Shown here piece by piece: positions 27,201 to 38,790 of a DNA stretch of 64,000 bases; position 1 is the stretch's first letter; each line of letters begins with the position of its first letter. Location of the stretch: assembly GCA_010093705.1 (NCBI GenBank), contig MU006096.1, positions 1,014,004 through 1,078,003 on the forward strand, read 5' to 3'. The DNA comes from Patellaria atrata CBS 101060 (taxonomy: Eukaryota). Below the pieces are notes generated by a model, which was not told the origin of the DNA, did not search any database, and saw only the letters and a list, made by a program, of their open reading frames with translations. Position numbers and translations under genes: made by a program.

Positions 27201-29034
27201 CCGCTAACATTCGACGAGGCACGACGTCTAGCCCAAGGTGCTGTCTCCGTGGTGCGAGAAGTTTGGAAAGCTGCTGAAGGTTCTGCTGGTCCTTGCTGGT
27301 TCTGGGGAGGTCTCTGAAGCACTGCGTGCTGCCTAAAGTTTCCTTCGTTGCGCACTGAACCTCGGCGAGTCTCGTTGACGGGTTCGTATCGTCCTGATTG
27401 GGAGTTGAAGAGTTCCTTATGGCCACGATCCTCCCGCCAAGATCGGTTGAAATCGTCAGCGGCTATTTCCTTAGCTGGTGAAGGTGCAGGAGGTAGTGCA
27501 TCAAAACCGTGTGGATCGCGTTGCGAGAATCGAGGAGGCGGTGGTTGCTGAACTGGTGGAACAACTGGGGAGACCTTATCAACTGGTGGTAGAGGAGCCC
27601 ATGGGGACTTCGCAGGTGGCGCTGCAGGCATCTTTGAGATAAGTGTTGGTTTATCACCTGTACCTTTCGCACCTGGAGTCCCTGGAGTCTTCGATTGAGA
27701 GTTTGCAAGCGCGCCCGGTTTGAGGATTGTCTTCGTGGAGGAGTTCAGTGTTGGCACTTGAACAGCTGGAGCTACAGGCTTGGGGGGTTCTTTGGGAGCC
27801 ACCTCTTTGTTAGGCACTACTTTGCGTTCAACGGGAGCTTGAGCATTGTCCATAGTTGCGACACTGGATTTTGTACCATCCATCCACTCTACTGTCTCCG
27901 GAGCCCAATCGTCCTCATCGTCATCGATATCAGCCCATTTCGCTTCTTTCCCAGCTTCATCTGCTTGTAGTCTGGTGGCCATATGGATACCGTATTGCTG
28001 TTTGAGTTCCTCATCCGTAAACTGCTTCGGCGGAGGTGGCGGTACAGCTAAGCAATGTCAGTACTGACATGGTAAAACGAACATAGAATTATGCCCCTAA
28101 GATATGTGACGGTGAAATTTCTTACGTCGGTTTTTGTTCCACACCTTGCTAGCATCTGGTCCGCCACTTCCTCCGTTTAATTTCGAAAGACCAGCTCGAG
28201 GAACGGTGCTTCCACTACCCGATTTCGCGACAAGTCGAGGCTTGGCTGATAGCTGTGCAGATACGGAAAGTTGTCCTGGCGTGACGCCTGCTTGAACCTT
28301 CATTAGCTACAGTATAAAAATATAGATTCAATATGTTAACCTTTGTCCCCTGGTCGCGTAACCGGTGTGGTCGTGGCTGCTTTCGCGAGGAAGTTCTTCG
28401 TCACAGAAACGGATTTGAAGGATGTTGGCTTCTTAACAGAATTGGAGCGCGTATGATGCACCGAATTTTCTTTGGCCGAATCGACAGTATCTCCTTTGCT
28501 AGTGTCTGAATCCGAACCGGCGCTACCATCCGCGAATGACTGCTGACCTGATCCACCATCTACCGCCAACTGTTCAACCCCATCTCCATCCACCATAGAG
28601 TTTTTCGACGTAGTATCAAAGGTGCCATCGGGTAGGAGAGTTGCATCATCCACAGGCGCAGACTGCCGCAGAGTCAGTTTGTTAGTTCTCTCACTAGCCG
28701 TTCCATCACTCACTTCCGCATCGATATTCCTCTTTCTAGCACTGGCTTGGGCTTCGACGTTCTCCGCGTTGGTAGTTTCGACGTTCGTTAAATCTATAGG
28801 ATCGTCTTTGGAAAGGTTTGAAGTACTTTGTAGAGTGTTTGGCGCAGCCTGGCCAACGCCGGCGCTGAAGTCGTTGGGTGTAGTTGCAGTGGCGTCAATG
28901 GGTGAGGAGTCACCCATCGACAACGCTTCGTTTACCACATCGTGGGTGATCTGCTCTGCCATAACAATTTTTGAAGCTGTGTCGGCAGTCAAGTCGCGCT
29001 GGTCAGAAGGATTGTCTTTATCTGATGAGAGCAT
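24272..29034 (-). CDS. Large low-complexity P/Q/S-rich conserved fungal protein, possibly PRRC2/BAT2-like (3 exons)
   Basis: ORFs 28336-29034, 28097-28303 and 24272-27982 join in frame via introns: KPTSFKSVSVTKNFL...KPRLVAK...VWNKNR|PVPPPPPKQFTDEELKQQYGIHMATRL...KWADIDDDEDDW, plus a central coiled coil RARQEKQRRREEEEKEEAAKKERLRLKL. The family assignment is inference. Confidence 0.8.
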
Positions 29035-29768
29035 GAATGGTGGTCGAATGAGGCCTTAAAGGCACCTGCATCAACCGGTCTCAACTGAAATATTGTAAAT
29101 ACCTATCAAAAGGTCTTGAATATAGCCACGAGGTAGTGGTTGGCGCTCTCGTAGGTGCGCCTCTGCTTTCTGGTAAGTTGCGCGTAAACGCCGTGGATCG
29201 ATGCGTGCTTCGCTGTCGCGGCTGTCGGAGAACGGAGAACAAGAACGAATGGATGGTCGCGGGAAGTTGAGAGGGAAGGAGTTGAGTCTTGTGGGACAAC
29301 AAGCTCAAATTAAAAAGCAAAATAGGCAGACGCTTCTCGGTCTGTTGCGATTATTGAAGAGGAAAAGGAGAGAGACCTGTCGGGTTGCGGAAGAGTGTCA
29401 TGTCTCGATTCTTGGCAGTCAAGACCTGGCGGAATAGGTGGTGTCACAGTCACACATTGCAACTTTCATCTCAAATTTTCCCAACACGCTGCAAAGTAAC
29501 AGCGAGTAGTGAATATCTGTGAAGATACCCAGACAAATGTCACAGATCTTGGGGAGGACTGAAGGTATTATAAAATTCAATAGTTCTAGGTTCGATCATG
29601 GCTAGTACTATTACGAGAACCGGAACCTCGCTAGATGAGTACAACTCCATATATTCTAAGAGAAACAGATGGGACTTCTTCTTATTGGATCTTATTTACA
29701 TTTTCCGGACTGTAGAATCGTACATCGGGACTACTCTCACCATCGGACAAACGGAAGTGATAAAAGAC

Positions 29769-30403
29769 TTAATGGGCATTGTTCTTGTGGTGTCCTACTA
29801 AGTGTAAGCTTGGGAAAAGTATTATAACATCACAGGCTTCTTACGTAGATGGAAGTAGTAATTTTGAGCATAACCGATCAAAATCAAACCCCCAATGACG
29901 TGAACGATAGCTACGGACAGAGTTAATCGGGATTATGCACGTGATACCATAACGTGGCTGGTCAACTTACGAGCCGCTGATGGGTTCTTGCCAAAGTATC
30001 GTTTCCGGTATCTTGCAAGCAGTCCTTTGGCTTGTGGCTCTGGGGCAGGCCCTCGTGGGAGCTTCTCGTAGAAGCTTACGATACGTTGCATGCGAGCAGC
30101 ATCCTTCTGAGCACCAATACCCTTCAATAGTATTAGTCTTGAGCATTTATTGACTGTTCAAACGTCGAATATCGTGTCAAGAGAAAGAACGGATGGGAAT
30201 CATGTTCCGGACGACGAAATTATGGACGGAGAGCTTTGGGTCCATAGGACGATAACAGGAATGCATTGCGGGTTTTGACCACTTACAGATGGAGAAGCAA
30301 CCTTTCTATATGTCAGTAAATATTTTCTGAGCTGTATATATATGTGACATACCTTGGGAGGGACGAGGGTCGAAAGACCGCGCTTTGCGATGTAGCTCAT
30401 CAT
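29769..30403 (-). CDS. ATP17: Mitochondrial ATP synthase subunit f (5 exons)
   Basis: Spliced MMSYIAKRGLSTLVPPK|VASPS|GIGAQKDAARMQRIVSFYEKLPRGPAPE...RYFGKNPSAAP|IVHVIGGLILIGYAQNYYFHLR|HHKNNAH*. Confidence 0.95.
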
Positions 30404-30671
30404 GACAGTTCTTGAAGCTATTAGTTTTTTCTATCTCTTCCCACTGCAGCCGTGACTTGTTCGGCAATGACCTTACCCAATTGAAGGAGAGGAGAGTTCA
30501 AGATTCGGAGATGGAAACAGTTGGCGTATGGTGGGTATGGAGATGCGTCGCAGTCTCAATTCACTGAGGTTGAAGCCGTAGAACCGCGCTTTGACCAACC
30601 GCCGAGAATCGCGAACCTCCATCCGTCATTAAAGACAAGACACGATCACTTTGCAACCGCAATACACAATA
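30404..30671. promoter_or_regulatory. Putative bidirectional promoter between ATP17 and NDUFS4
   Basis: Only 268 bp between two divergent start codons; CCAAT at 30477-30481. Confidence 0.6.
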
Positions 30672-31556
30672 ATGGCGTTTCTACGAACGTCAATTGCTTC
30701 GAGGATACTTGTCTCTTGTTTGAGACCAACCGTTAGATATCCCATGCCGGCCGCAAAACGATGCTACGCCGACGATAAATCCTCCTCAGCTCCACCCGAT
30801 CTACAATCCAAGGAAGAACGGGTTCACAATCCCAAGGATGTAGAAACAAGTTATGGCGGTTCTACTTCAGTGACTCGAGGTGCTGCATTTGAAGAGATGG
30901 GGCCGCCTACTGGGGAAGCAAAAGAGAAGGTACCGCGAAAACCCCACTATGACGTTGCCCTGGACGACCGGACATCGTACGCTCTCATGTCCCTCTTTGC
31001 CTCAGACGACACTAAATCTCATGTTTAGTTCCTTTTCACCTGTTCCCAAACGGGTTATGGATGGTAGTGAGCCGGGAACTTCAGTAGCAGCCGCAGTTCT
31101 CTCCGGCGCACCCATGGATCTTCAAGCTCGTACTGTTCGGTAAGCTGGATTCAATTTAGGTCTACTTCTCATGGAGTGTTTTCAAAACCTAGTTATTTTA
31201 TTTCTATACTCAATTTCCTCGGTCCAGTGGTATTAACAATAGCTAGTATTTATCGGCCCGCCAAAACCGCAACCCAGTCGGGCGATTGGCACTCTCACAA
31301 GTGGAGGATGGATTGGGATCCCCTCCCCAAGGGCTGGCGATGGGAGAACCCACTCATTGGTTGGCAATCCTCCGCAGACTACATGAATGGCCAACGTTTG
31401 CAATTCAACACTAAAGAGGATGCTATCAATTTCGCGAACAAGCAAGGTTATGAGTATTTCGTACAGGAGCCGAACGAGCGCAAATTCGTACCGAAGGCCT
31501 ATGCGAATAATTTTGTGCATATACCAGGGAAATTGAAGGTTATTAGGACGAAATAG
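30672..31556 (+). CDS. NDUFS4: NADH:ubiquinone oxidoreductase 21 kDa subunit (NDUFS4 family, 3 exons)
   Basis: Mitochondrial presequence MAFLRTSIASRIL, then AAVLSGAPMDLQARTVR|IYRPAKTATQSG...WENPLIGWQSSADYM...FNTKEDAINFANKQGYEYFVQEP...KAYANNF. Confidence 0.95.
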
Positions 31557-32268
31557 ATGGAACCGGCGGGAATGAGACGGTCAGTAGGCGGACTCGAAGA
31601 CGAAAGATGCACTGGAGTTGAAGGTAGCGTCCGTAGGTTTGTATATAAGCATCCACCGAATGTATATTTTTCTCGTATCTATCATGATCAGGTCCACAGA
31701 GATGATGTGATTAATATTAGGTCCTGCCGGAACTACCTATGGAAATATCAGCAGCTCCATTCCTCGGTCGATGTCGATCATTGATAGTCCATATCCACCA
31801 GATGCATTGCATACGATTATTTATCGACTTTCTTCCTAGCCTACATCTGCACCGTACATTACAACCCTTATATCCAGTCATGATTCTAAAAAAGTCCAGT
31901 GTTTTAAGTTCCATCTCTTTCTACTGTTCGAATGTTTCGGTTTCCGTGCGCTTACAATATCGAGTAGATAGTGGCAAGTTTTGCTCTACCCTACCTACTC
32001 TATCATGTCCTCGTATAGCAATGTCAATGGTTCTCTAACTGTACCTTTACCCATAAGCTCTCCCCTAGTAGCTACCCCACATCCCTCCTTGGCAGCATAC
32101 CTCCAAAACAGAAAGCTATCTCCACGGAAAGGTAACCCAAAGCCAAAAGAAACCCCATACCTTACTTCCTCCTCGACTCCAACATCTCCCCGAAATCCAT
32201 CTCCTGGTCCTCTACAAAACCACACATCTGCCCTCTCTTCCGACAACGAAAACCCCACCAAACTCACC

Positions 32269-33003
32269 ATGCAAGCAACACAAGCAACATCTCCCCAACC
32301 TCCCTCTCCCACACGCCAATCCCCCTTCGAAAAAGCCCTCACCCTGATAGACACCGCCCACGCCCAAGACCCAACCCCCTACCATCCTCCCCCCTCCCCA
32401 TCCAACCCCAATCCGCCGCCCATCCCCTACGAACTTCACTACGCCAACCGCATGACCGCACACCTTTCCCGCCGCGCTCCCTCCGCCTCCGAGCGCCTCC
32501 AACTCGCAGTTCGCGCGCAGCATTTCCGCCGCTGGGAGGTGCCTAGGTCGGAGTATCCCATGACGCGCACGGGATATCATGCGTGGCGGACGTATTTGAA
32601 GAAGCGGCAGAAGGAGATGGTTGTGCGTGTTTGTGTGGAGGCAGGGTTGGGGGGGGAGGCAGAGGGGGTGGGGAGGTTGGTTGGAAAGGAGGGGTTGGGG
32701 GGGGCTGTGAGACGGGGGGAGGGGAAGGGGGATGAGAAAGGGGGGGTAATTGGGAAGGGAGACGGGGATCAGAGGGAGGAAGAGGAAGAGGAAGAGGAAG
32801 TCAGGATCTTAGAAGACGTGGCGTGTCTTGTTTTCCTGGATGATCAGTTCGAGGAGTTCGAGAGGGGGGTTGAGGAGGAGAAGATGGTGGGCATTTTGAG
32901 GAAGACGTGGGGAAAGATGACGGCGAGGGGCAGGGAGTTGGCGCTGGAGATTGAGATGAGTGAGAGGTGTAGAGAATTGGCGGGGAAAGCGCTGGCAGGG
33001 TGA
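32269..33003 (+). CDS. DUF4202 family protein
   Basis: FEKALTLIDTAHAQDP, PYELHYANRMT, LQLAVRAQHFRRWEVPRSEYPMTRTGYHAWRT, LEDVACLVFLDDQF, ILRKTWGKMT. First in-frame ATG in a good context is at 32269. Confidence 0.88.
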   Translation: MQATQATSPQPPSPTRQSPFEKALTLIDTAHAQDPTPYHPPPSPSNPNPPPIPYELHYANRMTAHLSRRAPSASERLQLAVRAQHFRRWEVPRSEYPMTRTGYHAWRTYLKKRQKEMVVRVCVEAGLGGEAEGVGRLVGKEGLGGAVRRGEGKGDEKGGVIGKGDGDQREEEEEEEEVRILEDVACLVFLDDQFEEFERGVEEEKMVGILRKTWGKMTARGRELALEIEMSERCRELAGKALAG

Positions 33004-33118
33004 GAAAATTGGTATGGTTTTTATTCAGTTGGTCGGAGTTATTGTACAGGTGTGGAACATGGTGGAGGAGACTCCGATAATGGGTAGAGGAGTTTATCTA
33101 GATAGGGTTCGGATACCC

Positions 33119-33325
33119 TCACGCCCCGCCCTCGCGCTTCGCGTACTCCTCCTCGATCCTCTCTTCGTACTCTCTCTCGGCTGCGAGTTCGGCTTCGGTC
33201 TTCGGAGCCTGTGTGGTGGTACCGATCCGAGACTCTTGGGTGCTGATTTCGGAGACGGGCGCACTGGTTCCCTCCAGGGGAGACTTGACATCTGCAGTTG
33301 TTGATGAGGGGATTGGGTTTCCCAT
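33119..33325 (-). CDS. Small conserved fungal protein (68 aa) ending EYEERIEEEYAKREGGA
   Basis: ATG in a CACAATGG context. The C-terminal motif YEERIEEEYAKREGGA* is recalled as conserved in small Pezizomycotina hypothetical proteins. Confidence 0.75.
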   Translation of the reverse strand: MGNPIPSSTTADVKSPLEGTSAPVSEISTQESRIGTTTQAPKTEAELAAEREYEERIEEEYAKREGGA

Positions 33326-34376
33326 TGTGATAGTCTTGGGAGCTTTGTAAGACGGTCCGGAACGCGATGTTCTAGAAGTTATTAATAGACGGTATAAGAT
33401 ATAAGTAGTTATATTCGAGATGGGAAAAGCATGACTCACGGAATCGATAACTTTTTTCTTAAGGACTTAATTATGCTCAGTGTCGTTGCGATTCCTAATG
33501 CCTGACTTGAGGAAACGAAGTGTTGATCTCGCTGGACAATTGCCTCTAAATATACTGTATTCCTCTATTTCGAACAATAGAATAAGATAACCCACCATCT
33601 GCTGTAAAGTGTATGACATCACCTGTGGGGATCCATTGCATCTGTAACACACACCTCACTTCCATCTGAATTAGTCCACGTAGTAGTTGGGCCACGCAAC
33701 TCAAAAGAAATAATTACTATGGAGACTGTCTAAGATATGCAAGAAAGTTGACGGTGGGCGGCGTGCTGAATTGACTGGGTGATACTGATATTAAGCGTCA
33801 GATCAGGGAATTCGAGGAAGATCTCTCGTCTGTGACTGGGGGGAATAAGGTATGATTTAGATCTACTTCGGTATTATCATATATATTCTGGGCGATCGAG
33901 AACTGAGAGTAATAGTTATTCTATCTGCACCTAATATGATATTCGTCTCGAATGACCAAACAAATACTTTTCCACATATTTGCACGCAGACAGACAGCAA
34001 CATCATCTCATCATTCCATACCAGCTAAAAGTCCCGCCCGCAAACAACAGAATCCCGTGAAACCCACCTCTTGATATTCCTGAGCCACGCTATGCTGCCG
34101 AAATTTGAAACATTACAACGCCGGAATCAAAAAAAGCCGCCTTCGGGAAACGCCAAATTTCCGAGACAAGTCGAGATACTATACAAAAATAAACGTGAGT
34201 ATGAGACACCTTGCGGATATCGAAGAGATTAAATGGGGTATATATAATGGTCCAGTTGTCTGGATTATAGGTGAACCGGTTTGTAGTATGGTGCAGAGAC
34301 CGGTCTACACATATCAAGTGATGTCGAAACTATAACGAAGGTATCCGAACTCGACATCTTGAAAATCTATTACCTC

Positions 34377-36992
34377 TCAGTAACCCCTTATTTGCGGGCT
34401 GAATATCGCATTGCTCTGCTGGATCATACTTTCAAGTTGGCCCGTGCCACTTGTCTCGAGGCTCTGTAGAAGCTCGTTCCTCTGCTCCTGATTTAGACCC
34501 ATCCCTGGTCTTTCCTGTGTCCAACTTGGGATACCATAGTAGTCGGGGTACATAATGGCACTATTTGCGTTACTTGCGTAATCCATGGGTCCTTGTTGGT
34601 TGTACGCCGGTATTCCGAATGCTTCCTGTCCTTGGGTGAAAGAAAATTGCGGATTCCATGGGAAAGCTGCTTCTGGTAAAGATGTTGGGAGAGGGTTAAA
34701 TGTAGAGTTCGGATCGAAGTTAAAGTTTGGTAACGTGCCATAATGGATTTGAGAAACTGCGTTCGCACTAGACCGGGACGGAGCAGGTACGGGCCTGATA
34801 TTGGGTGAGACCTTAGGTTGCAACGGGGACGACGAAAAATTTGTTGGTACAGAGAAATTGCTAGCAGGGCTAGACTGTTGTGGTGGAAGTATGAATCCAA
34901 ACGGACCTGGATTTTGTTCTGGAGGTGTTGCCAAAGACGGTGTATATGCCGAAGCAGGGCTTGTTGTCCTAGATCGATTGGGTCCATCGGAAACACCTGG
35001 TGTAGTGACGGATTGTGAATCCGACGGAGAGCTAGCGGAGAGAAGTACGTCTCCATCTTTATCATAAACCTTCAAACATGCTTCTATCAACTTTTCATAC
35101 AGACCTAAAGCGGAAAGAACACCGGGCCACCTCTCGGAGGCCATATTTATCGAGTCCAGACCTATTCTCAAGAGGCCTTCTACTTCCTCTCGAGGATGCT
35201 CACGACGAACTTCGGAGTATGAGAGAGACCAGAGTATGGTATTGATAGCCATGAATATTGCTTGAGTGAAGATCCAAGTAAGATCTACTGCTCCGGTCTC
35301 CATCTGATTTCTTTGTGCGTGAAGGTTGAACTTGGAAGCTTCAAAGCATTTCTGAGCAGCCATCAGGGAAGGTTTCGGAACCTGAGGAGACGGCCTAAAC
35401 ATGAACACAATCATTGTGTTACATCTCACAGTAAACCTTAATCTCGGTTAGCGGTGTTCTCTCGTAGCTCGTAATCAACTGGACATAATCCTAATCCTTC
35501 CATCTTACTTGGAAATCACAGCGATGCAAGTACGATGACTATATCACTCACCATTTCTTAGTCAGCGGAGAGCCGCTGTCGTTTTCGGGGGTAGCCTCTC
35601 GCCATGTGGTCAGTTTCTGTTCCATCTGTTTGAACCATGGATCTTGATCGTCTTTGGGTGTCTGTCTTTTCTTTTGATATAGCTTCCTCCGGATTTCTAG
35701 TTGAAGTAACCTCATTTTGTAGAAATGTATGCAAACCCACTTCTTCAAAGTAGGTTGTGCCTCTGGCAGAATACCGTCAGGGGTTATGTATTGATCGTCA
35801 CACATCTCAAACCAGCCCACATCGAAGTGATCCTGATGAGTAGCAAGAATACTCGGTCGGCCTAAACTATGAGATAAGCCAAGCTCCATTACCATCACGC
35901 TCCAGAAGAGTTTTCGTCTCATGTCAACCTCTAGGCAGTTAGCTGGTTTACCACCTCTTCCACGAGTTATGGTCTTCTCCTCATTCATGCCTAGAGCCTG
36001 AGTAAGCCGGACAGCAAGACCGATTATGTAGTAGACTGCGGTCCGAGTGGGAGTAAGTAAGGAATATCCACCGATGAGTACAAAACATTGTAAGGTTCGT
36101 AGATCCATGGTTCGAACAGCTCCCTCGAAATACTTGAGGGCGGCTAGGTAATACGAGTCGGCCAGTCCAGCATACTGCGTGTCCATCTTCTGAAGGCTGA
36201 TCGCAATTACCATGCGAACACAAAAATTCTTATGCGGATTAGTTGAACCATTGTATACATCTTCTACGTCCTGCGTAAAGGTAGGCTCATGAAAGACCGG
36301 GTACATGGCATGTACTGCGTTAGTTAGTGCCTGATTTCAGGGTCTTGAGCATCTACCAACCACACACCTTTTACATAGAATAACTGTACCAAAAGATCCG
36401 TTAGGTCCCGATTTGGAAGATCCTCCGCGGCAACATCACTAATGAGGGGATAAACCTTCGAGGTAGGTTTTGCTTCCTCCTGGGCAAAACGCTCCTTGAT
36501 AAGCCGAGCCTGAGCGTTCGGTACTATTTCTGTTATACTCTTCGAATCGTTAAACTGTTTCGCTAATTGCATGACAAGTCGAGTAATGGCAATCCCACTC
36601 GAAGGACCTAGGAATTTGGACTCATTGCTATCCTGAGTACGAACGGCAGCGGCACCGCGCATTACGTCTTCTGGATCTGGCTCCTGATCATCTTTTTCCA
36701 GATCAGCGAGTTCTTTCTCCAATCTTCGCACTTTATGCTGAAGGTGTACAACGTAATTACGGGGTATTCTTTGGCCTTTCGTTGGGTCATAGTATTCGCA
36801 ATGTGAATTTGTTCTTTCGCAGGGACTACATCTGGGAAGGCCAGGATCGCACCGTGTCTTTCTAGCTCTGCATCGACAGCATGCCGTTAAGGTATGCGCA
36901 ATTCTTGGGGAAGACGTGTCTTCGGTGGAATTGGCCAATTCCCTTTTGGCTTCGACTGAGCGACGAGGAGAAGTCTGGGTCATTGTAGCCAT
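34377..36992 (-). CDS. Zn(II)2Cys6 transcription factor with fungal-specific TF domain (PPR1/UaY-like, 3 exons)
   Basis: ACCRCRARKTRCDPGLPRCSPCERTNSHC cluster, coiled coil LQHKVRRLEKEL, middle homology region (VHAMYPVFHEP, DMRRKLFW, LGRPS). Both introns restore the frame. Confidence 0.92.
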
Positions 36993-38790
36993 GGCGTGAG
37001 GCTTGAGACTACCGCGGAATTGAGTAGAGGGGAGTTTGTGACAGAAAGAGTAGAGGATACGTGACTGGACTCGTCGAATTATGCTGGATCAGACTCATAT
37101 TAAGCCGCAACTCTTGTCTAGAGAATGTCGTTTTCGCCCAATCTGCGGGGGCGTAGAGAAAGTGTTGCACGGGCGGAGGCACAGGTGAGGCGTGCAACAG
37201 CGGACCAAAGGGCGGAAGAGGAGGTAGGCAACGTTTACAGCGTGATATAACAGGAGGGACGGCCTTAGAGAATCTTTAGCCTGGTGTTTCGACGTACAAA
37301 GGTATCTGGTGGAACGATATGGGCGGTCTTCCGAGAACTGTATGGTTCTGTGCTGCTATATTGAACAAAGACTTCGAAGTCAAAGACAAACTCGACGGGG
37401 GCTACTGATATGGACCTGGACCGCGGGTGGGTGGCGGCTTATAGTTCTAAACGTTAACGCGCCGGTAGGTGGGGGTTGCAGTTAGAAGGTAAGAGGGGAA
37501 CTTTTAGGCTCCTTTTTAGGTGCCCAATCGTGCTTTTTTAGGGGCCCTTTAGGGGGGGTATCCTCCTGCGAACGCTGCAGATCTGTTTGATTGTTTGAGG
37601 AATCCTCCCGTCTCGCGTCTGGTGGTTTTGTTGAAACTGCCGTTACCGAGTCGGGTATGAGGCTCGAAACGATTGCGATACTATACTGTATCAATTGAAA
37701 GGTATGGGAGGAAGTCAGGCCCTTTCTTCAGACGCAAATTCGTCGGGTAGACGCCAGGACATGAACATTATTATATGGCAGCGGCTTGTGGCAGACGCTT
37801 GCAGGTCGAGTGACGCTACTCCTCACCTACTCTCATCATACTCATCAAAATTTTTCAAAATCGGAGTAATATTGATACACAATTTGTGGCTAGAGGGTGC
37901 TATGGATGAGCACACCGCCGCAGAAGAACAGCTTGACATGGTCTTTCGAGATGTTTCATGCAGTAGTTGGAGCCACAGGAGAAGTAAAAGAGGTTCGAAC
38001 AGGCGTGAACAAGCGCAGCACAGCCTCCTCACCGTCATTCAATCAATACACGCCCATCACGCCCGTTGGCGTTACATAGCTATCCTGCGTTGTCAGCACC
38101 AAAAAGCGAGGCGGAGCCACAGGTTATCTCGCATTCATGTAACCAAGAACTTACACGCCTAGATCTAATGCCCTCAACGCTCAACTTCTGTTTCGCCCTG
38201 CAGATGCTGCGCCCTCCTTCACTTACTAAGTCATCCTCTCTCCACACTCGATACCCCAGAAATCACCAGTCATTTTGATCTTCAACTCTTTAAACTACGG
38301 CACTAATACCGACAGAGGTAGGTTGCCATATCTTCCGGAACTTCTATGCATATGAAATGGCGTTCTTCGTGCCTTCTCTCACCCTTTCGCCCCCTTCCGC
38401 TCTGCTTCCCATGGCCTTGGGCCAAGTCATAGGGCGAATATGCATACATACGAGCATCATTCTTATCATTACCCTATATATGTAGCGCTTGACTCTCGGG
38501 GAAGTCTTTTCTGTTATTAGTCTTCTCTCTACAACCCGATTGTTTCCTATTGTTCTTGTCTCTCAGTCAAAATGGATTTCTAAAAGTGTCTTCGTTTCAT
38601 CATCTGTCGAACAACAGCTTCGGTTCAAAAAGTCTCCGTGTTAGAAAGTTATCCGTTTAGACTATTCCCGTATCTCAATTTGTTCGATCTGTGTCGTGCT
38701 TTCCTATCTGTCTAGATTAGAATTTCCATTAGTTTCATCAAATCTCTCTTCGACTTGTGTCAACTCTGTGCATCTGTTAACATCTTTATC

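Noticed and set aside
31981..32268. N-terminal extension of the DUF4202 ORF
   Set aside because: Non-ATG start and stop-poor C-rich DNA; conserved sequence begins after 32269.
37009..37197. Possible uORF ahead of the first Zn2Cys6 gene
   Set aside because: Starts at TTG, not ATG, and has no supporting features.
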